Below are positions 27,893-38,479 of a DNA stretch of 64,000 bases, in pieces (positions within the stretch are counted from its first letter, which is position 1; every line of letters begins with the position of its first letter). Position numbers and translations under genes: made by a program. Location of the stretch: positions 3,712,001 through 3,776,000 of the forward strand of contig OY764159.1 of assembly GCA_963668175.1 (NCBI GenBank), read 5' to 3'. This DNA is from Syntrophales bacterium (GTDB taxonomy: Bacteria; Desulfobacterota; Syntrophia; Syntrophales; PHBD01). The notes under the pieces were generated by a model, which worked only from the letters and a program-made list of their open reading frames with translations, was not told where the DNA came from and searched no databases.

Positions 27893-30853
27893 TCAGGACC
27901 GGTCAAGTTCTTTTCTGATGGCCACGCCGATCTTCTCCAGGATGTAAGGTTTCCGAACGTAAGCCCCGGCACCAAGGTCCTGGGCTTTTTTGACCCGTTC
28001 CGTTTCGGAATATCCGCTGACGATGACGGCCTTCTGGGCGGGATTGATCTGAAGAATTCGCTCATAGGTTTCCAGTCCGTCGATACCCGGGTCCATGATC
28101 ATATCGAGAACAACCAGGTCTGCGTTTCTCTCTTTGAGGTATTCCACGGCCTCCTCGCCGCTGGCGACGGCATCGGTCATATAACCGATGGCGCTGAGCA
28201 TGTCCACAGCCAATTCCCGCTGCTTCTGCATGTCGTCCACAATGAGAATCCTCTCTCCCCGTCCATGGTATGTTTCCGGCAACACAACCTTGGGACTTCT
28301 GGTCTGTTTCTCCCGGGTTATGGGAAAATAGATCGTAAAAACACTGCCTTTACCTTCTTCGCTTTCCACGTCGATATACCCGTCGTGATCCTTGACAGTC
28401 CCCCAGACAACAGCCAGCCCCAGTCCCGTTCCGCTTCTGCCCATAACCTTTTTGGTATAGAAAGGTTCAAATATCTTGCCGATGTCTTTTTCGGAAATAC
28501 CCCTGCCGTTGTCGGAAACGGTCAGGACGATGTAATCCCCTTCCGCCATGTCGTCGTAACGCCGGACATCCTTATCGAGATAGCGGTTTTCCGTGGTCAC
28601 GATGACCACACCCCGGTCGGGTATGGCTTCCGCGGCATTGATGACCAGATTCATGACTGTTTTGCCAAGATGAACGGGAGACCCGTTGATGTTCATCAAC
28701 TCTCTTTCCAGATCGGTCGCAAAGGTTACATTGGGATAATAGGCTTTCAGTTTCTCGAATTCCGGGGCCTGGAAATAATCGGAAACGATCTTATTCAAAT
28801 TAACCACTTCGGAAACAGCCACGCCCCTGCGGGCCAGTGTCAACAGGTCCTGAATGATCGCCGCCCCTTTCTCTCCCGACTGGTTGATATTGACGACATG
28901 TCTTCTTAGCGGACTGTCTTCGGGGATATTCATGAGGAGCAGCTCCGAATAACCCACGAGGACTCCCAGGACATTATTGAGATCGTGGGCCACCCCCCCC
29001 GCGAGGGTCCCCAGGGCCTCCATCTTTTGAGCCCGTTGCAGTCGCTCTTCCAGCCTTCGTCTCTCTTCATTGAGACGCTTCCGCTCGGTAATGTCGCGGG
29101 ACAAGCCGCAGATGCTGGTTATGCGGCCGTCTTTGTCCCGGATGGGCGTCTTGATGATATCGAAGGTCATCATCACACCGCACACCAAATGATCAATCTC
29201 ATACCCGATAGACTCCCCTTGAAGAACGCGGATGTCCAAATCCTCGATGCGCCCTGCCGTATCTCCCCTGTTCTCAAAAATAACGACCTCCGAGTCTCTC
29301 TTGCCGATAAACACGGAGGAATCGATCTGGAAGCGACTGTAAAAAAACTGATTGACCATGACATAACGGCGTTCGGCATCCTTGATAAAAATAAAGTCAT
29401 GAACGGAATCGAACACGACCTGCAGACGTTCTTCACTTTCCCGCAGGGCGTCCTCCACCTGCTTTCTGGCCGTAATGTCCGTGATAACCGTGAGCAGATG
29501 ATCCTCATTTGCCAACCTGATCCTTGTCGAATTGAACAATCCGTAATGGAGAGATTCGTCTTGGATCCGCATGGGTAATTCCAGATTTTCGACGCGCCCT
29601 TTTGCGTTAAGCTCGTCAATCAGCCGCGATCGATGCTCATGGGTAACAAAACCGATCCCTACGGAAGTGTTTCCGATGACCGTCTCTCTGTCCATCCCCA
29701 TTAACTCCAGAAATTTGTCGCTGACGTTGATATAGCGACCGTCTGCGATCGTCGTAATGGTCATGGGGATGGAATTCTGCAGGAAGGCCTTGGCGAATTT
29801 CTCTTCGCTTTCTCTTAAGACATCTTCCATGCGCCGGCGTTCGGTAATATCCCGTACAACCCCTCGAAATCCGGCAGGCTGGCCCCCGGAATCGGCAATC
29901 ATGGATGCAGACAGCTCAAGATATCGGTAAGTGCCGTCCGGTTGACGAATTTCATAATCGACGATCTTGGCCGTCTTGCCGGTTCGGTAAATTTCGTTGA
30001 ATGTTTTAAAAATGGTTTTTGCGGAGGCCTCCGACGCATATTCGCGGTAGTGCACGCCTAGAAGTCTTTCTTTTGGGATGCCGAGGATTCTCGCTGAGGC
30101 GTCGTTGATAAACGTGAATCTTCCTGCGAGATCGATCTCGTAATATCCCTCTTCCATATTTTCGATGATCGTGCGGTATTTTTCCTCGCTGGCCCTTAAT
30201 TCTTCCTCCGCCCGTCTGCGCTCGACAACCTCATTCTTCAGTTCTTCATTGATGCGGGCCAACTCTGCAGTTCGCTCCGTAACACGGCTATCCAATTCAT
30301 CATGGGTCCGTCGTAAAACACTCTCGGTCCGCTGTCTGGCTATTTCGACCGCGGCCAAATTCCCAAGGAGAGAGAGGGTATCGAGATCATCCGCATTGAA
30401 GTGCGTCGGTCGGCGGTTGAAAACATAAAGAACGCCCAGGCTGTTGGCGCCGAATTGGATGGGGACAGCCATGCCTGAACTGACACCTTCTTCCTGGATG
30501 ATGGGGTCGATGATATGGGTGATTTCCCTGTCTCGCAGATAATCTTTGACGATATACCCCTGACGGGTTGTCATGACCTTACCGCCCAGGCCCATTCCAA
30601 AAGGAATCCTCAACTGCCGGAACGCCTCCGTGCGGATACCCGACAGGGTGTTCATATAAACCTCTTTCCGTTCGTCATCCGCCAGGGCGATGTAAGCGGT
30701 ATCGGCATTGAGGAGAGCCCTGCTCTGTTCGACAATATACGTCAGATTTTCGTCGAGACTCTTTTCGGAACTCATATTGAGGGCCAGATCGTACATGACC
30801 TTGAATTTATGGAGCTGTTTCTCCATTCTTCCCGATCTTTTTTCCTGGCTCAT
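27893..30853 (-). CDS. Cytoplasmic hybrid sensor kinase (GAF, three PAS, HisKA/HATPase, REC)
   Basis: GAF-like N-terminus, three DITxR PAS ends, GGVAHDLNN, GTGLGL, LDMIM. Confidence 0.92.
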   Translation of the reverse strand: MSQEKRSGRMEKQLHKFKVMYDLALNMSSEKSLDENLTYIVEQSRALLNADTAYIALADDERKEVYMNTLSGIRTEAFRQLRIPFGMGLGGKVMTTRQGYIVKDYLRDREITHIIDPIIQEEGVSSGMAVPIQFGANSLGVLYVFNRRPTHFNADDLDTLSLLGNLAAVEIARQRTESVLRRTHDELDSRVTERTAELARINEELKNEVVERRRAEEELRASEEKYRTIIENMEEGYYEIDLAGRFTFINDASARILGIPKERLLGVHYREYASEASAKTIFKTFNEIYRTGKTAKIVDYEIRQPDGTYRYLELSASMIADSGGQPAGFRGVVRDITERRRMEDVLRESEEKFAKAFLQNSIPMTITTIADGRYINVSDKFLELMGMDRETVIGNTSVGIGFVTHEHRSRLIDELNAKGRVENLELPMRIQDESLHYGLFNSTRIRLANEDHLLTVITDITARKQVEDALRESEERLQVVFDSVHDFIFIKDAERRYVMVNQFFYSRFQIDSSVFIGKRDSEVVIFENRGDTAGRIEDLDIRVLQGESIGYEIDHLVCGVMMTFDIIKTPIRDKDGRITSICGLSRDITERKRLNEERRRLEERLQRAQKMEALGTLAGGVAHDLNNVLGVLVGYSELLLMNIPEDSPLRRHVVNINQSGEKGAAIIQDLLTLARRGVAVSEVVNLNKIVSDYFQAPEFEKLKAYYPNVTFATDLERELMNINGSPVHLGKTVMNLVINAAEAIPDRGVVIVTTENRYLDKDVRRYDDMAEGDYIVLTVSDNGRGISEKDIGKIFEPFYTKKVMGRSGTGLGLAVVWGTVKDHDGYIDVESEEGKGSVFTIYFPITREKQTRSPKVVLPETYHGRGERILIVDDMQKQRELAVDMLSAIGYMTDAVASGEEAVEYLKERNADLVVLDMIMDPGIDGLETYERILQINPAQKAVIVSGYSETERVKKAQDLGAGAYVRKPYILEKIGVAIRKELDRS

Positions 30854-31295
30854 CGCTGTGACCTCGCTTCAAACCATGGACGATCCACACCTTCGTTCGA
30901 TGGCTGTCGAACGACCGGCGCAGGGAAACAACGTCTACCAATATGAAAAATGAACCCCTCTAAATTTCCGATGCGAAGAGAAGGACCCTTTCATGGTTAA
31001 GGAAATGCCTATAGAAATCTTTATCATAAAATATGATCAGGATTTAATATTCCAATTGAATATCCTGTCGGCTCGGGCGCTTAGTTTTATCATCCACAGA
31101 TCTGTTGATAAAGATGTTGATAGATATGTTCATAAACGGCATAACCCTCATGGTGATTCTTTTTTTAGCGAATTGCCTGAAAATTAGGCAGGCTGCAATC
31201 TTGTCGACATCCGATCCCGAAAAGGCAAATCGAGCGAGCGGCCAAAAGAGTCTCCGCTCATGTTCATTCGCTACCACCTGTCGATTCGTGAGCCC

Positions 31296-33377
31296 TTATG
31301 ATTTTCTGCTGATCCGGCAAGGCAGATTCTTCAGGTTCGGGGTACCGAATTCTTTACCCAGCTTACCTACCGAAGTCAGCATGTTAAAGTTGGATTTCCG
31401 CCACTCGTATTGACTGGCCGGATCACCTTCCGGGAACCACCAGCCCAACGCTGCACTCACGACGCGGGGATGGATGATATCGGTTATACGGGCCCGTTGT
31501 GTAATGGCGCCGTATTTCGTTTCTATCAGAACGTCATCTCCATCTGCGATGCCATGGGCGGCTGCCGTTTCGGGATGGATTTCCACGACCGGATCGGGTC
31601 TTTTTTCACGGAGTCTCGTCACCCACCGGTACGAAGAGAGAAGATAGTATTGGCTCTTCGCACTGATAACGATCAGCGGATACTCCGGGGCTTCCTCTTC
31701 GGGCAATCCCGTATATTCGGGAAGGGGCTTCAGCTTGAATTTATCCGCAGTGCTGAGGCAGAGTTCCACTTTTCCGGTAGGCGTCGAGAAACCTTTTTGT
31801 TCATAGGCACGGTAGAGTTCCGGCCCTTTCAGGTATCCTTTCTCGACAAACTCCCGATAGGTCATCCCCGCCGGACGGACAAGATCCTCAAGAAACTGTT
31901 CATGGTCTTCATGCCAGAGTTCCGGCGACGATACGCGTTTCCCCAGTTCGTTCATGATCTTCATGTCGGGCCAGCATTCTTCGGGAGGCTCGACGATTTT
32001 GGGGCGGGCAAGGATGATGCCGTGGCCGATTCCATAATGCCCGATATCGTTCATTTCGTACTGGTGGGCCACCGGAAAGACGATGTCCGCCATGGCGGCG
32101 GTCGGTGTCATAAACAGGTCGGCCACAGCCACGAAATCCAGGCTCTTGAAGGCTTCGTAAGTGAGTTTGCTGTCCGCCCACGCCACGAGGGGGTTGGTGC
32201 ACATACCGTAATACCCCCGCACGGGATACGGTTTGCCGGTGAGGACAGCCTGGCGGAAATAGGTCGGGGGGATGGTCATCAATCTCGGGATGATGCCGTA
32301 ACCGGCACTGATCATGTCTTTGCGCTTGTCCGGGATCAAGTCGGCACGGACAAAAGGCGCTAATCCCATGATCTTGGGGTCGCGGGCGTTCACATTGCCG
32401 CCGGGGACTTCCAGGTTGCCGCAGATGGCCATCAGACAGGCCAGCGACCGGACGGCATCAAACGCATTGTTATCATGTTCGATGGCGTTGCCCCATTGCA
32501 GGGCCGCCGGCTTCGCTTCGGCGTACATCCGGGCCGCCTGACGTATCTTCTCGGCGGGAACCCAGGTTATCTCCGCGACCTTCTCCGGAGAATACTGCTT
32601 GACGTGCGCCGACAGTTCGGGGAAGCCATAGGCGTATTTTTCCACGAAATCCTTGTCGTACAGTCCCTCCTCGCAGATGACATGGATGATTCCCAGCGCC
32701 AGGGCCTGGGCCGTGCCGGGACGGAGCTGAAGCCAGAGATCGGCTTTTTTTGCCAGTTCAATCCTGCGGGGATCGACGACAATGAGCTTGGCCCCGCCTT
32801 TCAACTGATCCTGAATGAGGCTCGATATCTGCCCTTCTTCATTGGTTGATGTGATATTGCTTGCCCACAGGAAGATCAACTTCGTCTGGTGATGCATATC
32901 GGCCACGGGATAGAAACCGCACGTGTGGACACCGGTAACCTCGCGGGGGGCATGACAAACGTCCTGGGAGGCGATCACGTTGGGCGATCCGAAGATATTG
33001 GCCAGACGGATGAGAACGAAGTGCTCCAGCCCCTTGGGCATGCCGACGCCGAAGCCGACGGCCCGCGCGCCATACTTCTCTCTGATGTTGTTCAGGTTCT
33101 CCGCCGTTTCACTCAGGGCCTGTTCCCAGGTTATTCGCTGCCACTTGCCTTCGCCCCGCTCTCCGGCGCGCTTCACGGGATACCGGAGCCGATCCGGGTG
33201 ACTCAAACGGTCCGCGGAAACTCTCCCCTTGAAGCATGTGTAGCCTCTGTTAAGATAACCGTCGGGATCACCCTTTATCTGAACGATGGTGTTGTCTTTC
33301 ACGCCGACGAGCAGACTGCAGCCCCCGTGATCCATTCTTGCACAGTGCGTTTTGACCCAGCGTATATCCTCCGCCAT
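31296..33377 (-). CDS. Mo/W-bisPGD oxidoreductase (DMSO reductase family, acetylene-hydratase-like architecture)
   Basis: CFKG, PDRLRYP, VVDPRR, LRPGT, DLFMTPTA..AD, TPTGKVE, EIHPETA; no Tat signal. Confidence 0.88.
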   Translation of the reverse strand: MAEDIRWVKTHCARMDHGGCSLLVGVKDNTIVQIKGDPDGYLNRGYTCFKGRVSADRLSHPDRLRYPVKRAGERGEGKWQRITWEQALSETAENLNNIREKYGARAVGFGVGMPKGLEHFVLIRLANIFGSPNVIASQDVCHAPREVTGVHTCGFYPVADMHHQTKLIFLWASNITSTNEEGQISSLIQDQLKGGAKLIVVDPRRIELAKKADLWLQLRPGTAQALALGIIHVICEEGLYDKDFVEKYAYGFPELSAHVKQYSPEKVAEITWVPAEKIRQAARMYAEAKPAALQWGNAIEHDNNAFDAVRSLACLMAICGNLEVPGGNVNARDPKIMGLAPFVRADLIPDKRKDMISAGYGIIPRLMTIPPTYFRQAVLTGKPYPVRGYYGMCTNPLVAWADSKLTYEAFKSLDFVAVADLFMTPTAAMADIVFPVAHQYEMNDIGHYGIGHGIILARPKIVEPPEECWPDMKIMNELGKRVSSPELWHEDHEQFLEDLVRPAGMTYREFVEKGYLKGPELYRAYEQKGFSTPTGKVELCLSTADKFKLKPLPEYTGLPEEEAPEYPLIVISAKSQYYLLSSYRWVTRLREKRPDPVVEIHPETAAAHGIADGDDVLIETKYGAITQRARITDIIHPRVVSAALGWWFPEGDPASQYEWRKSNFNMLTSVGKLGKEFGTPNLKNLPCRISRKS

Positions 33378-33623
33378 CACCCCATCTCCTTTGGTTTCTG
33401 ATTTTTTACAGAAATTTTTCCCAGATTTATCGTGACTATAGTAAACATGCGCCGAGATGTCAAGAATACCGTCATTTTAGCCGCGCGTCTGCCTGGCGGA
33501 GACCGATAGGATTGACGGCAAGTCCGGCGTGGGAAACCGAACCGCTTCGTCACGGCAAGGCAAAGGGTAAGATACGGAAGGATATCTTCAGCGCAAATCC
33601 AAGGAAAATGTTTCTCTGTTCTT

Positions 33624-35024
33624 TCAGCAGACGGGAAAGGACATCTCGACGAGGAGGCCGCCCTCGGCCGCGTTAGCCGCCCGAATCGTTCCCCCATGGA
33701 TGCGTACGGCGGCTTCCGCAATGGTCAGGCCCAGCCCTGCCCCACACGTCTTATCGGTTCCGCCGTTGTCGAAGCGATAGAAAGGCTTGAATAGATGGAC
33801 GATTTCACTTTCCGGAACCCCCGGACCATGATCGGCGACACTCACAATGATAGAGCCGCTGTCGCCATCCCCTGCACGCCGGAGGGAAATCACCACTTCG
33901 CTGCCTTCGGCGGTATAACGTACGGCGTTGCGGACTACATTCTCGATAGCGCTTTGAAGAAGCATGCTGTTGCCCATGATGATGCATTCTTCACCCGGCA
34001 AGATCCTGACCACCCGATTCATTTTCTTTCCTTCGAAATTGGCATCGTCGACGATTCCCTTGATCAGGAGGCGCAGGTCTTCTCTTTTCTTTTCCAACCC
34101 CGCCACACCCGAATCGACGCGATTCAAATTCAGTATCTGTCCGATCAGTTCGCTCAATTTGTCCGCTTCCCGGGTGATTCGCTCCAGCGATTTCGCATCT
34201 TCGGGGCTCAGCCTCTGCTGGCAAAGCTCCAGGGCGACATAGAGCCTTGTCAGCGGCGAACGGAGTTCATGGGATACGTCCCTGAGCAGACTGCGCTGGG
34301 ATGTCATGAGGGATTCGACACGCTCGGCCATCATATCGAAATCTTCGGCCAGCTGCGAAATCTCGTCTTTCCTCTTGCCGATTACGGATTTGACCCGGAC
34401 GGAGAGATTGCCTCCCGCCAGCAGGCGGGCGGCTCGGCTGAGCTCAACAATAGGCGAAACCACATAACGGGTCAGGATGTAACAGACGATCCCCGACACA
34501 ACCAGCGCCGTCATGATCTTTATGGGCAGAGAATAAGGATTCTCGGAAAATGGCGGCGGATGCGGTGCCAGCGGCGGAGGCGGGCGGCGATGTTCCTTCT
34601 TTTCGGAAATAAGATACTCCTTGCCTGTCTGGCTGATAAAGCGCTGAACGGCAATACCCATGTCCCCGAAGAGAGGAAACCTATCCGGAGGGGTCTTGGT
34701 AACCCGGGCAACGAGGTTGAGGACTTCATCCGGAGGCTTTCTACCCGTCAGTTCTTTTCCGGTGTGATCGAAGATAAAGTACTTCGTGTCCGTTGCCTCT
34801 TCAAGAGGAACGAGGAAAGCCCGCATGGATGCCGTGTTTTCCCGCTCGAGAATATTGATGGCGAATTGGCCGTATGCGGACAGTTCCTGTCCGACTCGCT
34901 TGCGAAAGTGTTCGCCCGGTCCGGACTCCGTCGCCCGGTCGACGATCATACCCGTCATGAACAGGATAATCGTGGCCGACCAGAACCACAGGTAGATTTT
35001 CAAGAAGAGTCCGCGCTTAATCAT
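33624..35024 (-). CDS. HAMP sensor histidine kinase, CpxA-like
   Basis: LFLKIYLWFW N-terminus, HAMP, DVSHELRSPL, ENVVRNA, DHGPG, GLGL. Confidence 0.9.
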   Translation of the reverse strand: MIKRGLFLKIYLWFWSATIILFMTGMIVDRATESGPGEHFRKRVGQELSAYGQFAINILERENTASMRAFLVPLEEATDTKYFIFDHTGKELTGRKPPDEVLNLVARVTKTPPDRFPLFGDMGIAVQRFISQTGKEYLISEKKEHRRPPPPLAPHPPPFSENPYSLPIKIMTALVVSGIVCYILTRYVVSPIVELSRAARLLAGGNLSVRVKSVIGKRKDEISQLAEDFDMMAERVESLMTSQRSLLRDVSHELRSPLTRLYVALELCQQRLSPEDAKSLERITREADKLSELIGQILNLNRVDSGVAGLEKKREDLRLLIKGIVDDANFEGKKMNRVVRILPGEECIIMGNSMLLQSAIENVVRNAVRYTAEGSEVVISLRRAGDGDSGSIIVSVADHGPGVPESEIVHLFKPFYRFDNGGTDKTCGAGLGLTIAEAAVRIHGGTIRAANAAEGGLLVEMSFPVC

Positions 35025-35796
35025 CTGTGCTGCTCGCCTCTTCCGTCGGCGTCCCGGTATCGGCGTCTTCGTCTCCCGAAGACAAAGGATATACATAGAT
35101 GTAACCGGTGCCTCTAATCGACTTGATTCTTTCCGGACAGGAATTCTCGCGGCCGAGCTTCTTCCGGAGTTTACTCACATGGACATCGATACTCCGGTCA
35201 TAAGCGGAGAACGGCCGATCAAGGGCCTCGCGGGACAATTCTTCCCGGGTGACGACAGTTCCTACATTCCGGAGCAGTATCTCCAGGATGTTGAATTCAA
35301 CCGACGTTAACTCCACGGGCTGGTCTGCACATATAACCGCGCGCGTACCCGGATCAAGCATGACGTCGCCGACCCTGTATCTTACGGCGTCCCTGCCCGC
35401 CGACACGCTGCGATGGCCCTGACCGAATCGGCGAAGGATCGCCCGGATACGGGCGACCAGTTCCCGGGGGTTGAAAGGTTTGGGGAGATAATCGTCTGCA
35501 CCCATTTCCAGCCCTACGATCCGGTCCACATCCTCACCCCTGGCCGTGAGCATCAATACCGGCAAATCGGACCGGGCACGGATCTGTTGAAGCACGGAAA
35601 ACCCGCTGAATCCTTTGGGAAGCATGACATCAAGCACGACGAGATTGTAGGGCGTTCCGGAGATCATCTCCAATCCCTTGTTGCCTTCATGGGCTACATC
35701 TATTTCAAATCCTTCCGTACGAAGGTATTCGACCAAAAGATCGCATAACGACTTGTCATCATCGATGACCAGTATTCTTTCCTGATACATATCCAT
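35017..35796 (-). CDS. OmpR-family response regulator, CpxR-like
   Basis: LDVMLP, GADDYLPKPF, DRSIDVHVSKLRKKL, IRGTGY. Confidence 0.92.
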   Translation of the reverse strand: MDMYQERILVIDDDKSLCDLLVEYLRTEGFEIDVAHEGNKGLEMISGTPYNLVVLDVMLPKGFSGFSVLQQIRARSDLPVLMLTARGEDVDRIVGLEMGADDYLPKPFNPRELVARIRAILRRFGQGHRSVSAGRDAVRYRVGDVMLDPGTRAVICADQPVELTSVEFNILEILLRNVGTVVTREELSREALDRPFSAYDRSIDVHVSKLRKKLGRENSCPERIKSIRGTGYIYVYPLSSGDEDADTGTPTEEASSTDD

Positions 35797-35908
35797 AGTT
35801 CAATTTCCTGGGGGAATAATTTACATCCTGTTGTCCCCCGGCCGGGCAATTCTTGCCCTCGCTCGATGTATTTCATTGTTTTATACCACAAATAGACGGC
35901 ATATCGCC

Positions 35909-36037
35909 GTTAAGATTTGTAAACGCGCCGCGACAAATGTTAACGGGAAGATCGCTATGTCCGCCAGAAACTATTTATGTTCAATATTATCAATGGTTAC
36001 GCACACACAAGCCGGCAGCGACGTTAATATTTGTTAA
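35909..36037 (+). promoter_or_regulatory. Two CpxR-box-like direct repeats
   Basis: GTTAA-N5-GTAAA at 35909-35923 and GTTAA-N5-GTTAA at 36023-36037; known CpxR consensus GTAAA-N5-GTAAA. Confidence 0.5.
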
Positions 36038-36337
36038 GAACAGATACACTGCCCATTCCAGCCTGCCGCCGGTATACCCGTTGCAATATTCCGTTCAATA
36101 TAACGATCTTCGGTGGAACCTCCGAAGGACTGGGCCATTGAAAATCGACGGATGCCGGACCGGGCAAAAGCGGGCTGGCGCAAGGCATCAATGGCGCAAA
36201 ATACCGGCCATAAACCTGTTTTGACCTCCGTGATGAGAGAATCTCCCCAACAAGGTCAAGAGGTGGGGCGTTACTAGCCAATTAAAAGGATTGAGACTTT
36301 AATCTTAACATCTTTTTCGTAGAAAGGGGGCCCTCCT

Positions 36338-36991
36338 ATGACGAGTACGATAGGGAGCGTACTATCAGCGCTCACGTCATCATCCACCACGTCGACCAGT
36401 ACGTCCAGCACTATCGATGAATCCGAATTTCTGGAACTGCTGGTCGCCCAGATGCAGAATCAGGACCCGTTGAATCCCATGAGCGATACGGACTATACGG
36501 CTGTTCTTGCTCAATTTTCCAGCCTGTCTCTGTTAACCAGCCTGAGTACAAAAATCGATTCTATCGCGGAAGACATTGAAGCGACCAATATCTCCCAGGC
36601 CGCATCCCTGGTCGGCAGTAAAATAACCGCCGAGGGTTCCGTTGTTGAGGCTGACGGTTCATCCTGCAACATCGTCTACGATCTCTCGGACGATATCGCG
36701 AGCGGCACGATTAACATTTACAATGCGAGCGGAACCCTGACGGACTCCATCGACTTGGGCGCACAAACGTCCGGTCAGCATACCGTGAGCTGGGACTGTT
36801 CAGATGTAACTAACGGTAATTATACGATAGAAATATCCGCTTACGACAGCAGCGGGACCGCTGTTACGACAAGCACATACACCTCCGGAACGGCAACGGG
36901 CGTTACCGTCGAGGACGGTACCCTGTGCTTTATCGTGAACGGACAGAATATCCCTTACGAAGACGTCGTTTCCATCGAGCAGGCATCCTGA
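36338..36991 (+). CDS. flgD: Flagellar hook-capping protein homolog
   Basis: FLELLVAQMQNQDPLNPM...LAQFSSL, AASLVG, FlgD-Ig-like C-terminus (WD...GNYTIEI). Confidence 0.85.
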   Translation: MTSTIGSVLSALTSSSTTSTSTSSTIDESEFLELLVAQMQNQDPLNPMSDTDYTAVLAQFSSLSLLTSLSTKIDSIAEDIEATNISQAASLVGSKITAEGSVVEADGSSCNIVYDLSDDIASGTINIYNASGTLTDSIDLGAQTSGQHTVSWDCSDVTNGNYTIEISAYDSSGTAVTTSTYTSGTATGVTVEDGTLCFIVNGQNIPYEDVVSIEQAS

Positions 36992-36999
36992 AATCCTCC

Positions 37000-37038
37000 G
37001 GGGAGTTGCCGGCATCATGATTGAAGCCGGCAACCCCG
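37000..37038 (+). terminator. GC-rich stem-loop after flgD (no U-tract)
   Basis: GTTGCCGGC (37005-37013) / GCCGGCAAC (37026-37034). Confidence 0.45.
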
Positions 37039-37204
37039 CAGGTTATGCTTTAAGCGATTCTGCCGAATTCTCTCAAAACCATTCAAATTAACAGTCGTTA
37101 TCCTTTCTTAACATTACTTAACTTCACACCCGCCCATGCCATCCATAATATAGATGTCGGGGTGATGGTGCCTCAAGCACACGGAAAGGGAGGAGCAGAG
37201 CGAT

Positions 37205-38404
37205 ATGGCGTCGGTAGTCGATATGCTGTCGTCCGGATGCGATAGTCTGTCATCCGTTCTCCTCGGTCAGCAGGACACAAAGACCCAGCTCGCGAATAAC
37301 GCCCTGAGCACGGGGATATCCCTGCTGCAGGATGGAAAGACGGAGAAAGCCATCGAGGCGCTTAAAACCGCCGCGGCTTACGATCCGACACTGTCCAACG
37401 CCTATAAATACATGGGAATGGCCTATGCCAAGCTGGGAGATTACGAATCGGCCATTGAAGCGTACAAGAAACCCGTCCAGCTTGATCCCACATCGGCCGA
37501 TGCCAGGACAGACCTCGCCAACGCCTACATCGACAACGGGCAATACGACGAAGCGAAAGACCAACTAGAGGAGGAAATCAAGTGGAACCCAAGATCCTCC
37601 TCGGCGTATTATGCGCTGGGTCAACTCGATATACAAATGGAGGAATACGACGATGCGGCCGACGCCTTTCAAAAGGTCATCAGCCTGGAACCCGATCAAT
37701 ACAACGGCTACTACGGGCTGGGACTCGCCTACAACAAGCAGGAGAAGTACGCCGAGGCCGTGGATCAATTACAGAAATGCATCTCCCTGAAGAGAGACTT
37801 TGCCTACGCCTACTGCGACCTTGGATACGCCTATGCCGGCCTGGGAGACACGGATACGGCCGAAGAGCAGGTCGAGATCCTCTACGATATGGATACAACG
37901 GAAAGCAATTCCCTTGCCGCCGAGTTGGAGCTTTCCCTCTATACCCCGAAGATTACCAACATTGATAGCGATTCATCCTTTCCCACTTCTTTCGGTGCAA
38001 ATACCCAAGTCTATTTTCTCGACCCGTCGCTGTGGACCGCAGGATCTTCCTGTACCTTTTCCGTGGTCATCCAGTTCAACCAGGCCATGGATACGTCGTC
38101 AATCCAGAACACCCTCAACTGGTCCATCAGCAAGGCGCAGGGCGGGACGGCCGGCTGGTACGACAACGGCCTTATCACCGATGCCGGCAAGGAAATCGCC
38201 ATTCCTGCAATACCGACCTGTGTTTCCTATAATGCTTCCACCTACCAGGCAACCCTGTATTTCACCATAACCCAGAATTCTACCGGAGATGGGGTCACGG
38301 ACCCGTCCCATTGGGTATTCAAATTCACGGGCAACGATATCAGCGGCAACAAGATAGATGTGAGCGGCGACGAGATTGACGGGGCAGCCGGAGAAGCGTT
38401 CTGA
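37205..38404 (+). CDS. Acidic TPR-repeat protein with beta-rich (Ig-like) C-terminal domain
   Basis: About six TPR motifs (AY..LG.AY..LG); C-terminal 'IQFNQAMDTSSI' resembles SbsA-type Ig domains. Confidence 0.8.
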   Translation: MASVVDMLSSGCDSLSSVLLGQQDTKTQLANNALSTGISLLQDGKTEKAIEALKTAAAYDPTLSNAYKYMGMAYAKLGDYESAIEAYKKPVQLDPTSADARTDLANAYIDNGQYDEAKDQLEEEIKWNPRSSSAYYALGQLDIQMEEYDDAADAFQKVISLEPDQYNGYYGLGLAYNKQEKYAEAVDQLQKCISLKRDFAYAYCDLGYAYAGLGDTDTAEEQVEILYDMDTTESNSLAAELELSLYTPKITNIDSDSSFPTSFGANTQVYFLDPSLWTAGSSCTFSVVIQFNQAMDTSSIQNTLNWSISKAQGGTAGWYDNGLITDAGKEIAIPAIPTCVSYNASTYQATLYFTITQNSTGDGVTDPSHWVFKFTGNDISGNKIDVSGDEIDGAAGEAF

Positions 38405-38479
38405 ATACCAGCCGATCCTCTCCTTACAGGATGTTATTTATTTCCCGCTTCCATAAAAAACCACACCATTGACGTCCCG

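Noticed and set aside
36160..36215. GGGCAAA...GGCGCAAA resembling a c-di-GMP-I riboswitch before flgD
   Set aside because: No GNRA-capped P2 stem between the motifs and no convincing P3
37040..37150. Possible sigma28 promoter before the TPR gene
   Set aside because: GCCGAATT lacks a properly spaced TAAA element
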